Of a stretch of DNA of 64,000 nt, positions 29,758 to 40,051 are shown piece by piece. The DNA comes from Candidatus Levyibacteriota bacterium. GTDB lineage: Bacteria; Patescibacteriota; Microgenomatia; Levybacterales; UBA12049. Position numbers and translations under genes: made by a program. Numbering within the stretch: the stretch's first letter is position 1; every line of letters begins with the position of its first letter. Location of the stretch: contig JACOXT010000003.1 in assembly GCA_016182235.1 (NCBI GenBank), positions 451,488-515,487 of the forward strand. The letters run 5' to 3'. A model generated the notes under the pieces. That model was given only the letters and a program-made list of their open reading frames with translations, searched no databases and was not told where the DNA came from.

Positions 29758-31196
29758 TGATAAAAAAAATAAGATATATTCACTTCGCAGGGGTAAAAGG
29801 TGTTGGCATGGCTCCTCTTGCGATTATTGCCAAGGAAGCCGGAATAAATGTAACTGGCTCAGACATTGAAGACGAATTCATCACTGATGAGCTTCTTGAA
29901 AAAGCAAATATTAAGCCTTTTGTTGGTTTTTCAAAAAAAAATATCAAAGACCCAGATCTTGTTATTACAACAGGCGCACATGGCGGATTTGATAATTTAG
30001 AAGTTAAAGAGGCAAAGAGGAAAAAAATCAGAGTTATGACACAAGGCGAGGCAGTGGGTCTTTTTATGGATGGAACGATCTTTGGGAGAAGATTTACTGG
30101 AATTTCAGTAACTGGAACACATGGTAAAACGACAACAACAGCTATGGTAGCAACGATTCTTAAAGAAGCAAATCTTGACCCCTCATATGTTGTTGGAACA
30201 GGTTTTGTGCCGTCTCTTGGATCATCAGGGCACTTAGGGCAAGGAAAGTATTTTGTTTCAGAAGCCGATGAATATATAACAGAACCAAAATATGATAGAA
30301 AAATAAAATTCATGTGGCAAAACCCCAAAATTGCGGTTATTACAAACATAGAGTTTGATCATCCGGATGCTTATAAAACAATTGATGACGTAAAAGAAGC
30401 GTTCAAAAAATTCCCTAGCAAACTTCCAAAAGATGGCATATTAATTACCTGTGGCGATGATCATGAAGTAAGGAAGCTTTTTAAAGCTTATAAAGGGAAC
30501 AGAATTACGTATGGATTTTCAAAAGATAACGACTTTACAGTCAGCGAGGTCCGACCTTGTAATGACGGTAAGAAATATAAAGGCATACTAGAATTTAGGG
30601 TTATGAGAAAAAATCAAGATTTTGGAAAGTTCTATCTTAATGTTTTTGGCATACATAATGCTCTTAATGCCACTGCGGCATTTGTTGTGGGGCATAATCT
30701 TGGTTTGAATACACACAGTATTAAAAAAGGTTTGCTTGCATTTCAAGGCACAAAAAGAAGATCGGAATTTATAGGTGCACTAAAATCCGGTGCTAGGGTT
30801 TTCGACGATTACGCGCATCATCCAACAGAAATAAAAAACACACTTAGGGGATTTAAACAGAATTTTTCGAATATAAAATTAGTATGCATATTCCAGCCAC
30901 ATACCTACTCTCGAACAAAATCATTGTTCGAACAATTTTCTAAATCGTTTACGGATGCTGATATACTCATACTAACAAATATTTTTGCGTCCCTTCGTGA
31001 GAAAAAAGATCCTGAAATGTCATCTGAGCTTTTAGCAAATGAGGCTAGAAAATATAACAAGGAAGTATATTTCAAGCCTGCGCTTTCAGATGTGGTAAAA
31101 TATGTCAATTCTAAAAAATACGGGAAAGACACGATTATCATTACAATGGGAGCAGGAGACGTATATAAAATAAGTGAAGGGTTAAGATTACATTAA
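29757..31196 (+). CDS. murC: UDP-N-acetylmuramate--L-alanine ligase
   Basis: HFAGVKGVGM, TGTHGKTTTT, EADEY, TNIEFDHPD, DDYAHHPTE, FQPHTYSRT, MGAGD. Confidence 0.95.
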   Translation: MIKKIRYIHFAGVKGVGMAPLAIIAKEAGINVTGSDIEDEFITDELLEKANIKPFVGFSKKNIKDPDLVITTGAHGGFDNLEVKEAKRKKIRVMTQGEAVGLFMDGTIFGRRFTGISVTGTHGKTTTTAMVATILKEANLDPSYVVGTGFVPSLGSSGHLGQGKYFVSEADEYITEPKYDRKIKFMWQNPKIAVITNIEFDHPDAYKTIDDVKEAFKKFPSKLPKDGILITCGDDHEVRKLFKAYKGNRITYGFSKDNDFTVSEVRPCNDGKKYKGILEFRVMRKNQDFGKFYLNVFGIHNALNATAAFVVGHNLGLNTHSIKKGLLAFQGTKRRSEFIGALKSGARVFDDYAHHPTEIKNTLRGFKQNFSNIKLVCIFQPHTYSRTKSLFEQFSKSFTDADILILTNIFASLREKKDPEMSSELLANEARKYNKEVYFKPALSDVVKYVNSKKYGKDTIIITMGAGDVYKISEGLRLH

Positions 31197-31254
31197 TGTC
31201 ATCCCGAATTTATTTCGGGATCTAATTAGATGCTGAAGCAAGTTCAGCATGACA
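31197..31254. repeat. Intergenic double-hairpin element (RPE/REP-like)
   Basis: tgtc-atcccgaa-ttta-ttcgggat-ctaattag-atgctgaa-gcaag-ttcagcat-gaca; terminal inverted tgtcat/atgaca. Confidence 0.85.
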
Positions 31255-31264
31255 ACTAATAAAT

Positions 31265-32605
31265 ATGGAGAAGTTAATTATAAATGGCGGAAGGAAATTA
31301 AAAGGCAATATTTCGGTATCGGGAGCGAAAAATGTTGCTTTGAAAGCTTTGGTTGCCGCGTGTCTAACAAATGAGGAGGTAACTATTAAAAATATTCCAT
31401 TAATTACGGATTTTATGGTGATGGTCGCGATAATTCGAGATCTTGGCGGGCATGTTAAGCTTCTTGATCACACCGTAACTGTTCAGATTAAGGAATTTAA
31501 GAAAGAAAAAATTTCCTTAGACCAGGGAGCAAAAATAAGAACCTCTGCCATGTTTATGGCGCCGCTTCTCGCAAGAGTGGGAGTTGCAATTATTCCCAAT
31601 CCCGGAGGTTGTAGAATTGGAGCGCGCCCGATTGACAGAACAATAAAAGGAATAAAAGAATTAGGAGTAGAGGCTAAGTACAATAGGAGGGATGGGTATT
31701 TTTATCTTAAAAAAGAAAATAGAAAAAAAGACTGGAAAAAAGTTGTCCATAAGTTTGACAAAAACACCCATACCGGGACAGAAATAATGATCCTTGCTTC
31801 CACGCTTTTCAACGGAGAAGTTATTCTTAAAAATGCTGCGGAAGAGCCGGAAATTGATGAGCTTATAAATCTTTTAGTTCTCATGGGCGCCAAGATTGTA
31901 AGAACAGGAAAAAGAGAAATCACAATAGACGGCGTAGGAAAACTTCATGGAGCGACATTTACAATCGCTCCGGATAGGAATGAGATAGTAACCTTCGCTG
32001 TTGCGGGAATTGTAACAAAAGGAGATATTTTTGTTCTTGGCGCTCATAATGTTGATCTTAAAGAATTTATCAAAAGGCTAAAAAGTGCCGGAGGAGGCGT
32101 TGAGGAAAGGCAAGACGGAATACGTTTCTTTTACAAAGGACCTCTTACAAAAACATACATAAATACATCTTTTTATCCCGGGTTTATGACAGACTGGCAA
32201 GGTCCTTGGGCGGTTCTTATGACTCAAGCGAATGGAGATTCGGTGATTCATGAGACAGTATATGAAAGCAGGTTCGGATATGTAAAGGAGCTTAGAAAAA
32301 TGGGCGCAAATATTACTTTTTTTAATCCGAAGATTGTAAGCCCCGATAACGTTTATAATTTTAATCTTTCCGACCGGATCCCGGACTATTATCACGCAAT
32401 AAAGATTAAGGGTCAAATAAGGCTTCATAACGCGGTGGTTGAGATTTCAGATCTTCGGGCAGGCGCGTCTCTTGTTTTGGCTGCATTGTCTTCTCCCAAC
32501 GAAAGCGTTATTTTTGGCGTGGAGCATTTGGATAGAGGCTACGAGAATTTTGAAGAAAGATTAAAAAGTTTGGGAGGTGAAATTAAACGTGTTAAAAATG
32601 AATAA
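31265..32605 (+). CDS. murA: UDP-N-acetylglucosamine 1-carboxyvinyltransferase
   Basis: SGAKNVAL, PGGCRIGARPID, PDRNE, YPGFMTDWQ, DLRAGA, HLDRGYE. Confidence 0.97.
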   Translation: MEKLIINGGRKLKGNISVSGAKNVALKALVAACLTNEEVTIKNIPLITDFMVMVAIIRDLGGHVKLLDHTVTVQIKEFKKEKISLDQGAKIRTSAMFMAPLLARVGVAIIPNPGGCRIGARPIDRTIKGIKELGVEAKYNRRDGYFYLKKENRKKDWKKVVHKFDKNTHTGTEIMILASTLFNGEVILKNAAEEPEIDELINLLVLMGAKIVRTGKREITIDGVGKLHGATFTIAPDRNEIVTFAVAGIVTKGDIFVLGAHNVDLKEFIKRLKSAGGGVEERQDGIRFFYKGPLTKTYINTSFYPGFMTDWQGPWAVLMTQANGDSVIHETVYESRFGYVKELRKMGANITFFNPKIVSPDNVYNFNLSDRIPDYYHAIKIKGQIRLHNAVVEISDLRAGASLVLAALSSPNESVIFGVEHLDRGYENFEERLKSLGGEIKRVKNE

Positions 32606-33866
32606 AGTTCAGGCAGTTGTACTAGCGGCTGGAGAATCTAGGAGGTTTTATCCATTTAATGGTTTTTCTCATAAAACACTTGTTGCAGTATTGGGAAAAC
32701 CAATTATCGTTCATACGATAGAATCAATCAAGCGATCAGGGATAACTGACATCATTATTGTTACATCTCCAAACGGCGAAATTAAATCAATTCTTGGGAA
32801 TGGAGAAAGATTTGGAGTATCTATTAGGTATGTTGTACAGGACAAGCCTGAAGGTATGGGCGATGCGCTTTTACTTTGTAGAGAGCGTATAAAAAGCGAC
32901 TTTTTTCTAATGCACGCTTCGCATCTTGATTTTGATACCTTTGCTGAAGATTTGTTAAAAGCAAAAAAAGAAGACATAAAAGGAGTTTTACTGGCTAAAA
33001 GGAAGAAATTAGGTCAGAATCAAGGCATTCTGAAATTATCTGGGAGAAAAGTAGAAGAGATAATTGAGAAGCCAAAAAAAGTTGAGGATCCTTCAAGTAT
33101 GCACGTGGTCGGAATATATCTTCTCAATAAGGACTTTCTGAATACGCTTGAGAAGTCGTCCAAAGAGCACTATAGACTGGAAAAAGCGATTTCAGATTAC
33201 GCTAAAGAAAATCACATTGGGTTTTTAGAAACTAAGAAAGATACGATATCTTTAAAATATCCCTGGGATTTACTAGCGGTTAAAGATTACCTTTTCAAGA
33301 ACATTAAAAGACAAATAAGTCCAAATGCGCGTATCGCGAAAAACGCTGAGATTATCGGAGAAGCTGTGGTAGGAGATGGAGTCGAAATAATGGAAGGTGC
33401 TCGCATAAAAGGCCCTTGTTTTATTGGTAAAAATGTGACTGTCGGGAATAACGCGCTTTTAAGGAATGGTGTAGACGTCGAAGAACATAGCGTTGTGGGC
33501 GGATATATGGAAATGAAAAATACTATACTTATGAGAAATTCAACAACTCACTCCGGGTTTATCGGCGACTCGATAATTGGACCAAACTGCAAAATAGCTG
33601 CTCAATTTTGCACAGGCAATTTACGTTTGGATCGCAATTTAGTCAAATCAAATGTGGGGCAGGACGAAACAGACACCGGGCTAAAATATTTAGGGGTAAT
33701 TGTTGGAGAAGATACAAATATAGGCATTAAGGTTTCGACAATGCCGGGCGTAATAATTGGCAGACATTCGGTTATCGGACCATCAACAGTTGTCATGAAA
33801 AATGTTTCCGATAATACGAGATATTATACAAAGTTTGCGGAGATTGTGAGTAAAAATGAAAAATAA
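32598..33866 (+). CDS. glmU: Archaeal-type bifunctional sugar-1-P nucleotidyltransferase/acetyltransferase (GlmU-like)
   Basis: VVLAAGESRRF, YVVQDKPEGMGDA, IEKP, YPWDLL, LbH domain, FIGDSIIG; adjacent to glmS. Confidence 0.8.
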   Translation: MNKVQAVVLAAGESRRFYPFNGFSHKTLVAVLGKPIIVHTIESIKRSGITDIIIVTSPNGEIKSILGNGERFGVSIRYVVQDKPEGMGDALLLCRERIKSDFFLMHASHLDFDTFAEDLLKAKKEDIKGVLLAKRKKLGQNQGILKLSGRKVEEIIEKPKKVEDPSSMHVVGIYLLNKDFLNTLEKSSKEHYRLEKAISDYAKENHIGFLETKKDTISLKYPWDLLAVKDYLFKNIKRQISPNARIAKNAEIIGEAVVGDGVEIMEGARIKGPCFIGKNVTVGNNALLRNGVDVEEHSVVGGYMEMKNTILMRNSTTHSGFIGDSIIGPNCKIAAQFCTGNLRLDRNLVKSNVGQDETDTGLKYLGVIVGEDTNIGIKVSTMPGVIIGRHSVIGPSTVVMKNVSDNTRYYTKFAEIVSKNEK

Positions 33867-34434
33867 ATCCATCACTTTTCTATCGCAGAGCAGTGACTCG
33901 CTAGAAAAAAATAACCATATTCGCACACACACTAAACACCGAAATTTTAAAAAGGTGCTGGATAAACCCGTTGTCCTTTTTGACATTGACTATACACTTT
34001 TTGACACAGATCATTTTAAGAAAAGTTATCTTACAAAACATAGAATTTATGAAGAAGTGGGAAATGTTTTGAAGAGTTTAAGTAATATAGCAATTCTTGG
34101 AATTTTTTCAGAGGGAGATTTAGAACTTCAAAAAAGGAAGCTAATTAAAACTGCAATTCTAAATTACTTTGAAAAAGGTAACACCCATATAGTTCTTAAT
34201 AAATTAGTCGACCTTAAAAGAGTGTTGGGAAAATACAAAAATAGAAAAACCTTTTTTATTGACGATAAGCTTAGTATTTTATGCGATACGAAAAAAATAT
34301 TTCCAGAAGTTGTCGCTATTTGGGTGAAAAGAGGCGTTTACGCGAAGAACCAGAAGGAGATCGCAGGATTTAAGCCGGATGCGGAAGTTGAAGATTTGAA
34401 AGAAGTTGTTAAGATTATAAATTCTAAGTTATAA
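33856..34434 (+). CDS. HAD-family hydrolase
   Basis: LFDIDYTLFD motif I, FIDDK motif IV. Confidence 0.8.
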   Translation: MKNKSITFLSQSSDSLEKNNHIRTHTKHRNFKKVLDKPVVLFDIDYTLFDTDHFKKSYLTKHRIYEEVGNVLKSLSNIAILGIFSEGDLELQKRKLIKTAILNYFEKGNTHIVLNKLVDLKRVLGKYKNRKTFFIDDKLSILCDTKKIFPEVVAIWVKRGVYAKNQKEIAGFKPDAEVEDLKEVVKIINSKL

Positions 34435-34449
34435 ATCTTAAATTATTTT

Positions 34450-36210
34450 ATGTGCGGTATATTCGGCTATGTTGGCAAGAAATCTAGTGCTGCCAAAATT
34501 GTTTTTGACGGACTGAAACTTCTTGAGTATAGAGGGTATGATTCATGGGGAATCGCAATAAAAATCAAAAATAAGTTTATTATTGAAAAACACGTTGGTA
34601 AAATTGGAGATGCAAAGATTAATCTTCCGGAAGGTGATTTGGGAATAGGGCATACTCGCTGGGCGACTCACGGAGGAGTAACGGTTGCAAATGCTCATCC
34701 TCATCTGGATTGCACAAAGTCCATAACTGTTGTTCATAACGGCATTGTTGAGAATTTTCAGGAAATAAAAGATAAGCTTGTAAAATTAGGACACAAGTTT
34801 GTTTCAGAAACTGATACAGAAGTCATCCCTCATCTTATTGAAGAAAACTTGAAACATATTGGTTTTGCATCTTCTGTTCGTAACTCCTTTAATAAATTAA
34901 GAGGTCTAAACGCTATTGTGGTTGCGAATGCCGTTTCAAAAGAAATCGTAGCGGCCAAGAACGGTTCGCCTCTTATTGCGGGTATAGGAAGTGGGGAGTT
35001 TCTTGTCTCGTCCGATATTGTTGGAATTGTGCCTCATACAAGAAATGTAATTTTTCTAAAAGATAATGAAATGGTGATCTTGGGTAAAGAAATTCAGCTT
35101 ATTTCTCTTCCAACCGGAAAAAAACTTTCTATAAGACCCGAAAAAATAGATTGGAAATTTGAAAATACATCAAAAGGCAAGTTCCAGGACTTTATGATTA
35201 AGGAAATCCATGAACAGCCGCTTATCGTACGAAATATCGCCAAAAATTATTCGGAGAGTTTGAAAAAACTTGCAAATTATGTTCAAAATGCCAAAGGCAC
35301 ATTTTTTATTGGAGCTGGTACCGCGTTTCATGCCGGCCTTTCCGGAACTTATTTTTTTTCCAAAATCGCCAAAAAACACGTAAATACTACAGTTGCCTCT
35401 GAATTTAATTATTTGGAGGATTTTTTGACAAAAGAAAGCCTTGTTATTGTTCTTTCCCAAAGTGGTGAGACAATTGATGTTGTTGAGCCTGTAAATAGGG
35501 CAAAAAGTAAAAAAAGTAAAATCGTTGCGATTACAAATTCCTTGGGTTCAACACTTTATAGGATGGCAGATTATAATGTTTTGTTAAACGCCGGTCCGGA
35601 AAAGGCAGTCGCCTCAACAAAAGCCTATATCGCAAAACTTTCGGTTTTATTGATGCTGACATTTGCCTTAATTAACAAAGAAGAAAGAGCAAAAGAAATT
35701 CTTCTTAGGACTGCAAAGGAGATGGAAAGGCTTTTGGAAAGCAAACAAGTTTTGGAAATTAAAAAAATTGCCAAGTTTTTGTCAAAAACTAGAAATATTT
35801 ACGCACTTGGCCGCGGCGCGTCTTATCCTTCAGCCCTTGAGGCTGCTTTGAAAATAAAAGAAGTGACCTATATTCCAACAGAAGGATTTCCCGGAGGAGA
35901 GCTAAAGCACGGCACAATTGCACTGATAGGGCATGGAACGCCGGTTATAGTATTTGCTCCTCAGGATGAGACTTATGAATCTATTATTTCAAATGCTATT
36001 GAAATCAAATCAAGAGGCGGAGTTATAATTGGAATTTCCGATAGACAATCTTCAGCTTTTGATTATTTTATTTCAGTCAAGGACGTGGAAGAAGGTTCAT
36101 ATTTAGCGCAAGTTGTAGTTGCTCAGCTTTTGGCTTATTATATGGCAGTTGAATTGAAGCTTGATCCTGATATGCCCCGCAACCTCGCAAAATCAGTTAC
36201 CGTAAAATGA
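34450..36210 (+). CDS. glmS: Glutamine--fructose-6-phosphate transaminase
   Basis: MCGIFGY, LEYRGYDS, GHTRWATHG, SQSGET, ELKHG, PRNLAKSVTV. Confidence 0.98.
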   Translation: MCGIFGYVGKKSSAAKIVFDGLKLLEYRGYDSWGIAIKIKNKFIIEKHVGKIGDAKINLPEGDLGIGHTRWATHGGVTVANAHPHLDCTKSITVVHNGIVENFQEIKDKLVKLGHKFVSETDTEVIPHLIEENLKHIGFASSVRNSFNKLRGLNAIVVANAVSKEIVAAKNGSPLIAGIGSGEFLVSSDIVGIVPHTRNVIFLKDNEMVILGKEIQLISLPTGKKLSIRPEKIDWKFENTSKGKFQDFMIKEIHEQPLIVRNIAKNYSESLKKLANYVQNAKGTFFIGAGTAFHAGLSGTYFFSKIAKKHVNTTVASEFNYLEDFLTKESLVIVLSQSGETIDVVEPVNRAKSKKSKIVAITNSLGSTLYRMADYNVLLNAGPEKAVASTKAYIAKLSVLLMLTFALINKEERAKEILLRTAKEMERLLESKQVLEIKKIAKFLSKTRNIYALGRGASYPSALEAALKIKEVTYIPTEGFPGGELKHGTIALIGHGTPVIVFAPQDETYESIISNAIEIKSRGGVIIGISDRQSSAFDYFISVKDVEEGSYLAQVVVAQLLAYYMAVELKLDPDMPRNLAKSVTVK

Positions 36211-36211
36211 C

Positions 36212-36267
36212 TTTGCCCTGAGTGAATAGATGCGAATCGAAGGACAAAAAGCGTGACTGTAAAGTAA
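36212..36267 (+). repeat. Hairpin element followed by recoded duplicate of the glmS 3' end
   Basis: tttgccc-tgagtgaa..atcgaa-ggacaaa, then aaa agc gtg act gta aag taa (KSVTVK*) at 36247-36267. Confidence 0.75.
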
Positions 36268-36299
36268 ATCCTCAGAAAAAGTGGTAAAATCTGCTTGTT

Positions 36300-37127
36300 A
36301 TGAGTAGAGTGGAAACTTTTCCCAGGCCAACACAAGTTGAAATCCCTAAAGTAAAGAACATGCCTCTTTCTGATATTGTTCCTGAACCGGAGAGGCGATC
36401 CTCACCTCCCGGATTAATAACTGTTGCGGGCCATGAACTCAACCATGCTCTGGTCGCACTGGCTCATGGGATACCAATTGTTAGTCTTTCCGTAATGCCG
36501 AAAGGCGACTCACTAGGCAGAACAGTTATCGGAGGGTGGGTTTCAACGGAAACGATGAAGGTAATCGCGGCAGGCGGAGGGGTTGAGACGCATGATGGAA
36601 GCGCGGAGGGCTTTGGAAGCGATAAATACAAGGTAGATGTCATGCATCATTTTCATGGCGGGCATTCCTGGGACTCGGCAAGAAATCAAGCCGCGAGTAT
36701 CGTTTCCAGATTTTCAAATAGAATTAGGGAAAGAGCTGCGGAAATTATAGCTTATTTGGGGACAGTAGCAGGATCACTTATTGGAGACATAATGCGTCGT
36801 GCGCAAATGGAACTTGATCAAGAAAAAGGAATCGAAACAGAGCAATTAATATTAGTTTCAAACCCTCAGCAGGAATATAAATATAAAACAATTATTGACG
36901 AGCTTCCGGGCAATGTGCAAAGAATTAGATATGTAGTGGTAGGAGTAGTTAAAAAAGAAGAATATCTTTGCGGAATTTGCCAGGGAATAAACAGCCATGA
37001 AGAAGATTGCCCAAACGCAAAACTCAAAGAAAATTCGGATGAATCTAAATCTTCCCCAAAACCGCTAACAAATGAAGGGATAATTATCTCTTTCCCAGTC
37101 CGCAAGCCTCTAAAACTTGTTGCATGA
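36300..37127 (+). CDS. Stand-alone M41 (FtsH protease domain)-like zinc peptidase with C-terminal CxxC-H-C
   Basis: AGHELNHALVA (HExxH), SVMPKGDSLG, AAGG..E, GFGSD; CGICQGINSHEEDC. Confidence 0.7.
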   Translation: MSRVETFPRPTQVEIPKVKNMPLSDIVPEPERRSSPPGLITVAGHELNHALVALAHGIPIVSLSVMPKGDSLGRTVIGGWVSTETMKVIAAGGGVETHDGSAEGFGSDKYKVDVMHHFHGGHSWDSARNQAASIVSRFSNRIRERAAEIIAYLGTVAGSLIGDIMRRAQMELDQEKGIETEQLILVSNPQQEYKYKTIIDELPGNVQRIRYVVVGVVKKEEYLCGICQGINSHEEDCPNAKLKENSDESKSSPKPLTNEGIIISFPVRKPLKLVA

Positions 37128-37291
37128 TAGGTTGATATATAATGAATTGAAAGACTGAATGGTGAAAAAAAGTAGAGAAGAGATTATAATAATGGTATAA
37201 ATTCAAATGCGAAAGAGAATTTAAAGGCGACTAGTGTATTGGCGAAATTCGTAATTAAAAGGAACACTTAAAGAAAATAATAAAGAAGTAG

Positions 37292-40024
37292 ATGAATAAA
37301 CTGCAAAAAGAAGCAAAAGAAAAAATTAAAGAACTTATCGGTAAGTATGAGTTAGCTGTTGTGGCGGGGCAAATTAAGAAGTACACGGAAGAAGAGACAA
37401 AAAATTCTTTTATAAAACCTCTTTTTGAAGCTCTAGGATGGGATTTTTCAGAAAAAAACGAAGTCTCTGCGGAAGAAAATATTATATCTTCAGGCAGAGT
37501 TGATTACGGATTTTATATTAACGGTCGAGCCAAATTTTATCTTGAAGCAAAAAAGTTAAAAGCGGATTTAAATTCGGAAGAATTTGCCCGCCAAGCAATT
37601 AGATACGGCTTCAATAAGGGCGTTACTTGGGCTGTTTTAACTGATTTCGAAAGCATCAAGGTCTTTAATTCCCAAGCTCTTTCAAATTATTTAGGGGATA
37701 AACTGTATTTTGAAATAAATTATTCGGAATATTTAGAGTGTTTGGATCAATTATGGCTCTTGTCAAAAGAAGCATTTGAAACTGACCTAATTGATAAGGA
37801 GGCTGAGAAAGCAGGTAAGAAATTACAAAAAGTTCCTGTTACTGAGCTTCTCTATAAAGATTTAAATGAATGCAGAAAAATATTGACAGAATATTTGGGT
37901 AAATGGAATCCGAAAGTGACAAAAGATCTTTTAGATGAAGGTGTACAAAAATTACTAGATAGATTAATTTTTATCAGAGTTGCCGAAGATAGAAAAATTG
38001 AACAGAATATTTTAGTTCCTTTAATTAATCAGTGGAGAGCTTTTGCTGGTAAGAATAAACCCGAGCTGTATGAATCCATGGCTGACAAATTTAGAGAGCT
38101 TGATGATATTTACAATTCCAATCTATTTACTCCGCATCCTTTTGAGAAATGGGAGGACGATGGCGGAGCGCTAGAGAAAGTCATAAAAATTCTACACGGA
38201 AAATCAGGTTATTATGAATATGACTTTAGTGTTATGCCGGCTGATGTTTTAGGAAGTGTCTATGAAAATTACTTGGGACATAAATTATCTCAGTCTAAAA
38301 AAGGACTGACGTTGGATAAAACAGCAAATAAAAGAAAAGAACAGGGAATTTACTATACTCCAACTTTTATAGTTGATTATATTGTCAGAAATGCTCTAAA
38401 ACCAGTTTTGGATAAGTGCAGAAGCATTAATGATTTGAAGAAAATTAAAGTTTTGGACCCTGCTTGCGGTTCGGGATCTTTTCTCATAAAAGCGTTGGAA
38501 GTTATAGCGGAAAAGTACAAGGATTTTAACGCTCCAATAAATGAGTTTACGAAAATACAAATAATTTTAGAGAATTTATATGGAGTTGATTTGGATATGC
38601 AAGCGGTAGAAATTGCAAGACTTAATCTACTGGTTAATACTCTCGAGGAAAAAGGCAAACTGCCCTCTTTGGACAAAAATATAAAGAATGGCAATTCGTT
38701 GATTTCAGGAACAGACGAAGAACTGGAAAAATATTTCGACAAAAACTTCAGAGACAAAAAACCTTTTAATTGGCAAGAAGAATTTCCGGAAGTCTTCAAG
38801 CAAGGTGGATTTGATGTAATAATAGGCAATCCTCCATACATTTTTGCTCGGGGTGGTAATTTTGATGACAATGAAAAAAAATATTATTATGACAACTATA
38901 AACTTCAAAAATATCAGATTAATACGTACCTTCTTTTTATAGAACGCACATACAACTTACTTAAACAGAACGGGAGATTAGGGTTCATAGTTCCTAACAA
39001 CTGGTTAACGATAAGCACTTTCAAGAATCTTAGAGAATTTATCCTGAAGGAGATGGGGGGAGTAAGAATAATTAATACTGTTGAAGCAGTATTTTCTCAG
39101 GCAAGTGTTGATACTTGCATTCTAATATTTGAAAAGTCAAAACCAACAGAAATTCAACTTGGAGAGCTAAGGGAAAATCAAGCACCATTAATGAAAAAAT
39201 ACAAGCCAGAAGATTTTTATGCGAACGATTTTATAATAAATATAACAAAAATATCTAGCCTTAAAGGCAATGCTATATTGAACAAAATAGATAGCAATTC
39301 CCTTTCTCTTAGTGACATAGCAAGAGTGTCTTCTGGGTTAAAAGCTTATCAGGAAGGCAAAGGTAAGCCGATTCAAACAAAAGAGATTAAAGAATCAAGA
39401 AAATATCATTCTCAGAAAAGACTAGATAAAACTTATTTTCCATATTTACAAGGTAGCGATGTCAAACGATATTTTCTTGACTGGTCTAAGGAATACTTAA
39501 GTTATGGTGATTGGTTAGCCGAACCAAGAAAATCTGTTCCCTTCAACGGCCATAGAATCTTAGTTCGGCAAATACCTTCTTCTTTACCTTACTGCATAAA
39601 TGCTGCATATACAGAAGATTACTATTTTAACGATATTAACAGTATGGTTATTTTCGATTCGATTAGAGGATACGATCTTAGATACATTCTGGGTATTATA
39701 AATACTAAGTTAATTTCCTATTGGTTTGCAAATGTTTTTGATAAATTTCAACGTAAAATATTCCCACAATTTAAGGTAAATGAGCTAGCTAAATTTCCGA
39801 TTTATAAGGCAGAAAAAAATAAACAAAAAGCAATTATTGAATTGGTTAATAAGATAATGCAGCTTAAGAAAGATTTAAAAAAATTAGATGCAAATTCCAA
39901 TAAATGGGTCAAGATAAAAGAAGAAATAGAAAAAACGGACAAAAAAATTGATGAAGAAGTCTATAAACTCTATGGTCTCACGCAGGAAGAAATTAGAGTT
40001 GTGGAAGATAATAACGAGAACTAA
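37292..40024 (+). CDS. Type IIG restriction-modification enzyme (REase + N6-adenine MTase + TaqI-C-like TRD)
   Basis: EEETK..FIKPLFEALGW, VDY..EAK (PD-D/ExK), GIYYTP, LDPACGSGSF, IIGNPPY, IDEEVYKLYGLT. Confidence 0.93.
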   Translation: MNKLQKEAKEKIKELIGKYELAVVAGQIKKYTEEETKNSFIKPLFEALGWDFSEKNEVSAEENIISSGRVDYGFYINGRAKFYLEAKKLKADLNSEEFARQAIRYGFNKGVTWAVLTDFESIKVFNSQALSNYLGDKLYFEINYSEYLECLDQLWLLSKEAFETDLIDKEAEKAGKKLQKVPVTELLYKDLNECRKILTEYLGKWNPKVTKDLLDEGVQKLLDRLIFIRVAEDRKIEQNILVPLINQWRAFAGKNKPELYESMADKFRELDDIYNSNLFTPHPFEKWEDDGGALEKVIKILHGKSGYYEYDFSVMPADVLGSVYENYLGHKLSQSKKGLTLDKTANKRKEQGIYYTPTFIVDYIVRNALKPVLDKCRSINDLKKIKVLDPACGSGSFLIKALEVIAEKYKDFNAPINEFTKIQIILENLYGVDLDMQAVEIARLNLLVNTLEEKGKLPSLDKNIKNGNSLISGTDEELEKYFDKNFRDKKPFNWQEEFPEVFKQGGFDVIIGNPPYIFARGGNFDDNEKKYYYDNYKLQKYQINTYLLFIERTYNLLKQNGRLGFIVPNNWLTISTFKNLREFILKEMGGVRIINTVEAVFSQASVDTCILIFEKSKPTEIQLGELRENQAPLMKKYKPEDFYANDFIINITKISSLKGNAILNKIDSNSLSLSDIARVSSGLKAYQEGKGKPIQTKEIKESRKYHSQKRLDKTYFPYLQGSDVKRYFLDWSKEYLSYGDWLAEPRKSVPFNGHRILVRQIPSSLPYCINAAYTEDYYFNDINSMVIFDSIRGYDLRYILGIINTKLISYWFANVFDKFQRKIFPQFKVNELAKFPIYKAEKNKQKAIIELVNKIMQLKKDLKKLDANSNKWVKIKEEIEKTDKKIDEEVYKLYGLTQEEIRVVEDNNEN

Positions 40025-40051
40025 CTGGCCGATGAAAATTTTCATTTGAAT

